Assembly (NCBI GenBank): GCA_963776245.1
Contig: CAVZLN010000003.1
Span: forward strand, 640,001-704,000
Origin: Candidatus Eiseniibacteriota bacterium
GTDB taxonomy: Bacteria > Eisenbacteria > RBG-16-71-46
Direction: 5' to 3'
Length of the DNA: 64,000 nt
The translations under genes were made by a program, and so were the position numbers. Position 1 is the stretch's first letter, and every line of letters starts with the position of its first letter. Positions 57,398-64,000 of this stretch are shown in pieces. The notes below the pieces were generated by a model. The model made no database searches. It worked only from the letters and a program-made list of their open reading frames with translations, and was not told the origin of the DNA.

Positions 57398-59824
57398 ATG
57401 CTCTACGGCCGTCCCGCACCGTCCGTCCTCGCCGCGCTCCTCGTGCTCGCCGTCAGCCCGCCGGTCTCTGCGTCCCCCGCCCCGCCGTCCACGCCGGCGC
57501 CGGTGTACGGCAACGAGAGCGCCGCCGCGGCCGACGCCGGCGCCTCGCTGCTGTTCGATCCGGCCGCGCTCGGGCTGCGCTATCCCTCCGAGCTGGCGCT
57601 CTCGTACGGCGAGGACGCCGCCGGCCGCGCGGCGTGGCGCGGGTTCGCCAGCGCCCGCACCCTCGGGCTCGCGTATGAGGACGAGGGCGATGGGGCCCGC
57701 GCGTTCACGCTCGGCACCGCGGCGGGCGGCGAGCCGCTGCGCGGCGGCTGGGCGACCACCTGGCGGCGCGTCGCGGGAGGCGCGCGGGTCACCGACCACC
57801 GCGCCGGACTGCTGTCGCGCCCGCAGCCCTGGCTCTCGCTCGGCGCGGTCGCCGACCACGTGACCGAGCCGCGGCTGGCGGGCGCGCGCCTGGCGCGCAC
57901 CTGGGACCTCGCCCTCGGCCTGCGTCCGCTGGCGCTCGCGCGTCCGCGCGCGCACACCTGGGGCACGCGGCTCACCCTCACCGGCGACGTGCGCCTGCTC
58001 GAGGACGGCGACGCGCGGTCCGCGCGGGTGCGGATCGGCGCCGAGCTCGAGGCGCTGCCCGGCGTGCTGCTGCGCGCCGCGTTCGAGGACCATGGCGGGG
58101 TGCAGGCGGGCGTGGCGCTGCTCGGGCCGCGCGTGGGCTATCACGCGCAGTCGGCCTACGACCGCGCGGGCGGGCGCCGCTATTCCACGCACACCCTCTC
58201 GTTCCACGACGCCGAGGACCGCACCGTGCTCGCCGGACGCGCGCTGCGCCGCGTGGCGGTCATCCAGGCCGGGGGGCTGCTCGGGGACGAGTCGCTCGGC
58301 GGCGTGTCGCTGATGGGCGGGGACGCCCACACGCGCGCGGCGCCGCTCCACCGCGCCCTCGAGCGCGCGCTCGACGACCCGCTCACGCGCGGCGTGCTCC
58401 TCGACCTGCGCGGGGTGTCGGGGCTGGCGCAGATCGAGGAACTGCGTCCGCGCATCGCGCGGCTGCGCGCCGCCGGCAAGCCGGTGGTGGCGTGGCTCGA
58501 GTACGGCGGAGGCCGCGGCGACCTGTTCCTGGCGAGCGCGTGCGACCGCATCGTCGCGTCGCCCGAGGCGAGCTTCGCGGCGCTCGGACTGCGCAGCGAG
58601 CGGCGCTACTACCGGCGCCTGCTCGAGCGCTGGGGCGTGCGCATGGACCGCTCCTCGATCGGCGCGTACAAGTCGGCGTTCCGCAACTTCAGCGTGGACT
58701 CCACGCCCCCCGCCGACCGCGAGGTCATCGAGCACAATCTCGGCGTCGTGCAGGAGCTTTTCGTGACGGCGGTCGCCGCCGACCGCCGCATGGAACGCGG
58801 CCGGCTGCTCACCCTGCTCGACGGCCGCGCCTGGCCGGCGCGCGAGGTGGCGAAGGCCGGCCTGATCGATTCGGTCGGCTACCGCGAGGACGCGCTCGCG
58901 CTGCTGGGCGGCCTCGCCGGCCTCGGCGCCAAGCCGCGCGAATCGCATCCGGATGAGGTGCCCGAGGTGACGCGTGAATGGACCGTGCCGACGCGCGTCG
59001 CGGTGGTGTACGCGGCCGGCGGCATCAGCGAGGGCCGCAGCGGCAACGATCTGCTCACCGGCCCGTTCATGGGCTCGGAGACGGTGACCGAGCAGCTCGA
59101 GAGCGCGTTCGAGGACCGGCGCGTGCGCGCCGTCGTGCTGCGCGTCGAGAGCCCCGGCGGCTCGGCGCTCGCCTCGGACCTCATCCACCACACCGCCGTG
59201 CGCCTCAAGCGCACGACCCGCAAGCCGCTGATCGTCTCGATGGGCGGGGTGGCCGCGAGCGGGGGCTACTACATCTCCGGGCCCGCCGACCGCATCTTCG
59301 CCGACCGCTTCACCGCCACCGGTTCCATCGGCGTGCTGTTCGTCAAGCCGTCGCTCGAGGGCTGGTACGCGAAGCATGGCGTGCGGCAGGACGCGTTCCA
59401 GCGCGGCGACGCGATGGCCGGCTGGTCGCAGGGTCGCAACTGGGACGCCGCGATGCAGGCGAGCGCGGACTCGAGCGTCCACCAGTCGTATCGCTCGTTC
59501 GTGTCGCTCATGGCGCAGGACCGCGGCCGCGCGGTGGCCGCGCTGGACTCGGTCGCGCAGGGGCGGGTGTGGTACGGCGAGGACGCGCTCCAGCGCGGGC
59601 TGGTGGACGAGATCGGCGGCCTCGACGAGGCGCTCGCCGAGGCGCGTCGCCGCGCCGGCGTGCCCGCGGGCGAGAAGCTCCGCACCCTCGAGCTGCGCCG
59701 TCCCGCACCCGGGTTCCTGCAGCGCCTCATCGGCGAGACGGTGCGCGAGACCCTCGAGCGCGAGGCGCGCCTGCCGGAGCTCGATCAGGTGTACTGGTGG
59801 GAGGGCGACGCCGAGGTGTGGTGA
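57398..59824 (+). CDS. sppA: Signal peptide peptidase A (67K tandem S49) with an extra N-terminal beta-rich domain
   Basis: GAYKSA, RVESPGGS, SMGGVAASGGYY, TGSIGV and GRVW.G..A...GLVDEIGG. Confidence 0.9.
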   Translation: MLYGRPAPSVLAALLVLAVSPPVSASPAPPSTPAPVYGNESAAAADAGASLLFDPAALGLRYPSELALSYGEDAAGRAAWRGFASARTLGLAYEDEGDGARAFTLGTAAGGEPLRGGWATTWRRVAGGARVTDHRAGLLSRPQPWLSLGAVADHVTEPRLAGARLARTWDLALGLRPLALARPRAHTWGTRLTLTGDVRLLEDGDARSARVRIGAELEALPGVLLRAAFEDHGGVQAGVALLGPRVGYHAQSAYDRAGGRRYSTHTLSFHDAEDRTVLAGRALRRVAVIQAGGLLGDESLGGVSLMGGDAHTRAAPLHRALERALDDPLTRGVLLDLRGVSGLAQIEELRPRIARLRAAGKPVVAWLEYGGGRGDLFLASACDRIVASPEASFAALGLRSERRYYRRLLERWGVRMDRSSIGAYKSAFRNFSVDSTPPADREVIEHNLGVVQELFVTAVAADRRMERGRLLTLLDGRAWPAREVAKAGLIDSVGYREDALALLGGLAGLGAKPRESHPDEVPEVTREWTVPTRVAVVYAAGGISEGRSGNDLLTGPFMGSETVTEQLESAFEDRRVRAVVLRVESPGGSALASDLIHHTAVRLKRTTRKPLIVSMGGVAASGGYYISGPADRIFADRFTATGSIGVLFVKPSLEGWYAKHGVRQDAFQRGDAMAGWSQGRNWDAAMQASADSSVHQSYRSFVSLMAQDRGRAVAALDSVAQGRVWYGEDALQRGLVDEIGGLDEALAEARRRAGVPAGEKLRTLELRRPAPGFLQRLIGETVRETLEREARLPELDQVYWWEGDAEVW

Positions 59825-59858
59825 GCGCGCTGGCGCGGCGCGGCCTCGGGTCCGCCGC

Positions 59859-60608
59859 TCAGCGCGCCGCGGGCCGCAGCGCGCTCGCCCGGTTCAGCCG
59901 CTGCGCCCAGAGGCTGGTGGAGTCGATCGTCCGGTACTCGCGCGCGGACTGTTCCGCCTCGCGGCGGCGACCGCAGCGGGCGTTCAGCAGCGCGCGGTCG
60001 TAGAGCGCGGCCGGATAGCAGGGCGCGTCGCGGCGCACCGCGGCGAACTGGGCGATCGCCATCAGCGTCAGGGCGCGCGCGTCGCGCTGGTCGAGGGTGG
60101 CGTCGGCGCGCAGCGCCAGCGTCACGCCGAGTCCGAGCCGCGCCTCGCTGGTGTGCGCGGCCAGGTCGATGGCGCGGCGGTAGCGGACCTCGGCGTCGGC
60201 GTAGTGGCGTTGCGCCAGCGCGAGGTGGCCCTGCAGCGCGGGGATGCGCGGCTCGGCCAGCGCGCGCAGGCGTGCGCGCTCGAGCAGGGAGTCGGCCGCC
60301 TGCGCGAGCGCGTGGGTCCGCGCCGGATCGAGCGCGGGAGCGCTCGCGGTGTCGAACAGCACGGACTCGAACCGCAGTTCGCCGGCGGGCACCCGGAGCG
60401 CCTCCGTCACCAGCGCCCGCGCGGCACGCACCTCGGGGCCGCCGGGCAGGCCCACCACGGAGCGCACCGGCGCGATCGCCGCGATCACCGCGATCACCGC
60501 GAGGAGCACCAGGCTGGCGACGAACCCCGCGGCGGCGGCGGCGCTCCAGCGCGAGCGTCGCCGCGGTCGGTCGCTGGGGGACGGGTCGGCAGGTGGCGGG
60601 AGGGTCAT
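59859..60608 (-). CDS. Membrane-anchored TPR protein
   Basis: Hydrophobic N-terminal segment; TPR-like GHLALAQRHYADAEVRYRRAI and ALYDRALL. Confidence 0.7.
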   Translation of the reverse strand: MTLPPPADPSPSDRPRRRSRWSAAAAAGFVASLVLLAVIAVIAAIAPVRSVVGLPGGPEVRAARALVTEALRVPAGELRFESVLFDTASAPALDPARTHALAQAADSLLERARLRALAEPRIPALQGHLALAQRHYADAEVRYRRAIDLAAHTSEARLGLGVTLALRADATLDQRDARALTLMAIAQFAAVRRDAPCYPAALYDRALLNARCGRRREAEQSAREYRTIDSTSLWAQRLNRASALRPAAR

Positions 60609-60790
60609 GGGCGGGCCCAGCCTATCCGCGCGGCGTCCGGGCTTCAATGGCCCCCCGGCGAAGGGGCCCGACCGGCGCCCGCCCGCCGCGCTGGCGCGTG
60701 CCGGGGCGCCGGAGACCGCCGCGAGATGGGGGTCGTGAGGGGCTCCTCCGCGGCCGATAACCCGGGGGCGCGGGCCGCCGCCGCGATCCA

Positions 60791-60820
60791 TTGCTGCGGC
60801 GCGTGCGGGACTGTTATGTT
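60791..60820 (+). promoter_or_regulatory. sigma70-type extended -10 promoter
   Basis: TTGCTG-18-TATGTT with TGn. Confidence 0.5.
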
Positions 60821-60895
60821 GCGAGCGGACAACCATCTCGCTGCGCGCCACGATCCGAGTCCGTCCATCGACCCCGGGGAGCGAACCACACTCCT

Positions 60896-62140
60896 ATGGC
60901 CGTCGCCCGGTTCCTGCAGGTCTCCGACCTCCATCTTGGCCGCCCGTTCGGCTGGCTGACGCCCGAGCGCCGCGCCGAGCGCCGCAGCGACCAGCGCCGC
61001 GCGCTCGAACGCGTGGTGCGCGAGGCCATCGAGCGCGGGACCCACGCGATCCTGATCCCCGGCGACCTGTTCGACCAGGAGGGCGTGGACGCCGAGATGC
61101 TGGCGTTCGCGCTCCACGTGTTCGACCTCACCGGCTGCCCGCCGGTGTTCATCGCCCCGGGCAATCACGATCCGTATTCGAAGTCGAGCACCACCTGGAG
61201 CGTGCGCCTGCTCGAGGCGCGCGGCACCGCATGGCCGTCGCACGTGCACGTCTTCGGCACTCCGGAGTGGACCTCGGTGGCGCTCGAGACCGCGCCCGGG
61301 GCGCGCGTCTGGGGGCGCTGCCTGACGGCCAACGTGGACTCCACCGAGCGGCCGCTGTCGGCCGCGGCCCTGAAGCACGTCGGCCCCGCCGACCCGTCCG
61401 GCTTCGACATCGCGCTGTTCCACGGCTCGCACGAGGGCCGCTGCCCGCCGGGCCAGAAGATCACCGCGCCTTTCTCGGAAGCCGAGGCGCTGGCGGCGCC
61501 GTTCGCCTACCTGGCGGCTGGCCACTACCACGTGCCGTCGCGCATCGAGGCGAAGGAGCAGGAGGGCGCCCGCGCGGGCGCGGGCGTGCGGCTGGCGTAC
61601 GCGGGGTCGGCGACCGCGCTCGACCTCACCGAGGTGGGCGTGCACGGCGCGCTCGAGGTGCGGGTGGAGTACGGCTCCCGGCTGCCCTCCGTCGAGCTCG
61701 AGCCGGTCGAGCTCGACCGGCGCCGCGTGCACCACCTGACGGCCGATGTCACCGGGTGCTCGAGCGCGGAGCAGGTCGACCGCAAGGTGCTCAAGGCGCT
61801 CGACGACGCCCGCGCCTCCGAGATGGACATCGCGCTGGTGCGGTTGTCGGGCCGGCTGGTGAGCGGGGTGCGCTACGCGGGGCCCGGCCAGGACCTGCGC
61901 CTGCGCGCGTTCTTCGTGCGCACCGACCTGCGCGGAGTGCGCCCGGACCACGATCTGGAGGCCTATCGCACGGGCAACGGCAGCACCACCGAGGAGCGCT
62001 TCGCGCGCGCCCTGCTCGAACGCCTCGACGCCTGCACCGACGACGCCGAGCGCGGCACCATCGAGCGCGCTCTCTACTACGGGCTCGACGCGTTCCGGCT
62101 GCGCGAGGTGGTGCCGGCCTACGAGGAGCTCGAACGATGA
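60896..62140 (+). CDS. SbcD/Mre11/YhaO-like metallophosphoesterase nuclease
   Basis: SDLHLG, GDLFD, PGNHD, FHGS, GHYH and AYAGS. Confidence 0.92.
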   Translation: MAVARFLQVSDLHLGRPFGWLTPERRAERRSDQRRALERVVREAIERGTHAILIPGDLFDQEGVDAEMLAFALHVFDLTGCPPVFIAPGNHDPYSKSSTTWSVRLLEARGTAWPSHVHVFGTPEWTSVALETAPGARVWGRCLTANVDSTERPLSAAALKHVGPADPSGFDIALFHGSHEGRCPPGQKITAPFSEAEALAAPFAYLAAGHYHVPSRIEAKEQEGARAGAGVRLAYAGSATALDLTEVGVHGALEVRVEYGSRLPSVELEPVELDRRRVHHLTADVTGCSSAEQVDRKVLKALDDARASEMDIALVRLSGRLVSGVRYAGPGQDLRLRAFFVRTDLRGVRPDHDLEAYRTGNGSTTEERFARALLERLDACTDDAERGTIERALYYGLDAFRLREVVPAYEELER

Positions 62141-64000
62141 AGCTCCGGCGCCTCAAGGTCGGGGGCTTCGGCCCGCTCCGGGGGGAGTGGTCGTTCGATC
62201 CCGGGCGAGTGAACCTGGTCGTGGACGAGAACGAGCGCGGCAAGTCGAGCCTGCTCGCCGCCATCGCCGCGGCGCTCTATGGGCTCGAGGCCGACAAGCG
62301 CTCGCACCGCGTGCTCACCCCGCTCGAGCGCTGGCGCCCGTGGGACGGCGGCGCCTACCAGATCGAGCTCGAGGCCGAGCACGACGGCGAGACCTTCACC
62401 ATCCGGCGCGATTTCGAGCGCGGTTCGGTGGAGGTGTGGAACTCGCGCGGCCAGGAGGTGACGGCCGAGTTCCGCCACGGCAAGGAGGAGTACCCGGTGG
62501 GCCGCAAGTGGACCGGGCTCGACGCGGCGGAGTTCGAGAAGTGCGCGCTGGTGCGCCAGGGCGAGCTCGACGAGGTGGTGCCGTCCGACGAGAAGGCGCG
62601 CCGCGCGTCCACCCTCCACGCGCGGCTCGAGAACGCCGCCGACACGCGGGTCGGCGACACCAACGCCAGCGAGGCGCTCAGCGTGCTCGAGGGCGCGCTC
62701 AAGAAGCACACCTGCGCCGAGCTCGACTTCACCGGCACGGTGGACAACGCGGTCCAGCGTCTCGAGCTCAAGCTCGGAACGCTCGACACCGAGCTCAAGT
62801 CGCTCGAGCACGATCTCGAGCGCATGAGCGGCCCGCTCGAGGAACTGGCGCGGCGCGGCGAGGAGGAGCGCGCGGCGCGCGAGCAGCTCGACCACCTCGA
62901 CCTCGAGCGCCGCGACACCTTCGGGGCCGACCTGCGCCGCCAGCTGGCCGAGGACGACGAGCGCCGCGCCGCGCTGGAGGCGCTGCGCGCCGAGGCCAAG
63001 GCGCTCGAGGACGCCGCCCGCCTGCCCGAGAACGCGGAGTCCGAGCTGCGCGAGACCATCGCGCGCCTCGAGGAGGCGCAGCACAATCTGGAGGCGCTCG
63101 AGGCGCGCCGTCGCGACGAGCAGTCGCGCGAGCGCACCGCGCTCGAGAACGAGGAACAGGGGCTGGTGGCGTACGCGCGGTGCGCGCCCGAGGACGCCGA
63201 CCGCGCGGTCGGCCTGGCCGCCGAGGTGCGCCGCATCGCCGACGAGGACGCGCGCCTGCGCACCGAGGTGTTCAACCTGCGAGACGCGCTGGCGAGCAAG
63301 GGCTACGAGCCCGAGCGCATCCAGTTCCTGACCGCGCGCTTCGAGAATCTCGACGACAACCAGCAGCGCCTGCTGCGCGGCCAGTCCGAACTGGCGCTCG
63401 CGTTCCAGACCGAGGTCGCCACGCTCGAGCAGGCACGCACCGAGAGCACCGAGGTGCTGCGCTCGATCGACGCGCAGCGCCATCGCGTGCGCATCCCGGG
63501 CTGGGTGCTGATCGCGCTCGGCTCCGCCACCGCGATCGGGGGCGGCGCGGTGCTGGCGCTCCACGCCCCGCGCGTGCTCGGCCTCGTCATGCTCGGCACC
63601 GGCGCCGTGCTGGCGGCGGCGGGCGCCGCGTTCCTGGCCTCGGGGGGCAAGGCGCGGCTGGAGGACCGGGAACAGGCGCTGAAGCGCCTGAGCGACGCCC
63701 AGCGGCGGCTCAATCAGCTGCGTGGGAAGCGCGCCGAGGCCGATGTCGCGCTGGCCGAGCTGTCGCACGCGCGGGGCTACCGCGACCCGGTGGAACTGAT
63801 GCGCGAGTGGAACGAGTTCGCGCGGCTGATGGACGAGAGCGGGCCGGTCCTGCGCTCCGAGCAGCAGATCCGCGCCCTCGACACCCAGAAGCGCCAGGCC
63901 TTCGACGAGGTGCGCATGCTGCTCGAGCGCGTCGGCGGGGGCGCGCCCGAGCCCGCCACGCTCGAGCGCGTGGCGGCCGGCATCCGCCATCTCGCGGCGG
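62137..64000 (+). CDS. SbcC/Rad50/YhaN-like coiled-coil ATPase (3'-truncated; absent from the ORF track)
   Basis: ATGA overlap; MKLRRLKVGGFGPL...DENERGKSS, Q-loop VRQGE, long coiled coil and a hydrophobic hairpin at ~63490-63650. Confidence 0.9.
   Translation, partial: MKLRRLKVGGFGPLRGEWSFDPGRVNLVVDENERGKSSLLAAIAAALYGLEADKRSHRVLTPLERWRPWDGGAYQIELEAEHDGETFTIRRDFERGSVEVWNSRGQEVTAEFRHGKEEYPVGRKWTGLDAAEFEKCALVRQGELDEVVPSDEKARRASTLHARLENAADTRVGDTNASEALSVLEGALKKHTCAELDFTGTVDNAVQRLELKLGTLDTELKSLEHDLERMSGPLEELARRGEEERAAREQLDHLDLERRDTFGADLRRQLAEDDERRAALEALRAEAKALEDAARLPENAESELRETIARLEEAQHNLEALEARRRDEQSRERTALENEEQGLVAYARCAPEDADRAVGLAAEVRRIADEDARLRTEVFNLRDALASKGYEPERIQFLTARFENLDDNQQRLLRGQSELALAFQTEVATLEQARTESTEVLRSIDAQRHRVRIPGWVLIALGSATAIGGGAVLALHAPRVLGLVMLGTGAVLAAAGAAFLASGGKARLEDREQALKRLSDAQRRLNQLRGKRAEADVALAELSHARGYRDPVELMREWNEFARLMDESGPVLRSEQQIRALDTQKRQAFDEVRMLLERVGGGAPEPATLERVAAGIRHLAA

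Overview
Very GC-rich (by eye >70%) diderm bacterial chromosome segment with about 57 mostly housekeeping and envelope genes. It runs from the 3' end of groEL through efp, rho, a GreA fusion, nadE, an ABC-2/MFS export operon, pepA, rlmD, lon-like, pbpG-like, glgP, boxB-like, pabBC, two amidohydrolases, nth and sppA to a partial SbcCD/YhaON-like pair. The C-terminal 'TWGRIKTIYR' tail on one secreted protein suggests Eisenbacteria or a related FCB-like lineage (inference). I found no rRNA, tRNA, CRISPR array, integrase or transposase. The most notable signals are: (1) a sigma54-type-promoted Lon lacking its N-domain, with a degenerate Walker B and pore loop but an intact Ser-Lys dyad, next to an output-less GAF-coiled-coil-GAF protein; (2) a Rho whose OB-fold RNA-binding domain is replaced by an Arg-rich disordered tail, flanked by a ~465-nt leader and a downstream structured RNA; (3) three unassigned structured RNA candidates with promoter and/or terminator signals (2322-2495, 8000-8205, 12128-12386); (4) a 101-bp tandem repeat that creates two 34-aa ATGA-coupled mini-ORFs between pabB and pabC; (5) seven candidate sigma54 promoters; (6) an orphan BoxB-like diiron enzyme with a GNAT. 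Indels in groEL and the TMTC-like gene suggest some sequencing errors. All family assignments come from motif recognition by eye, with no database searches.
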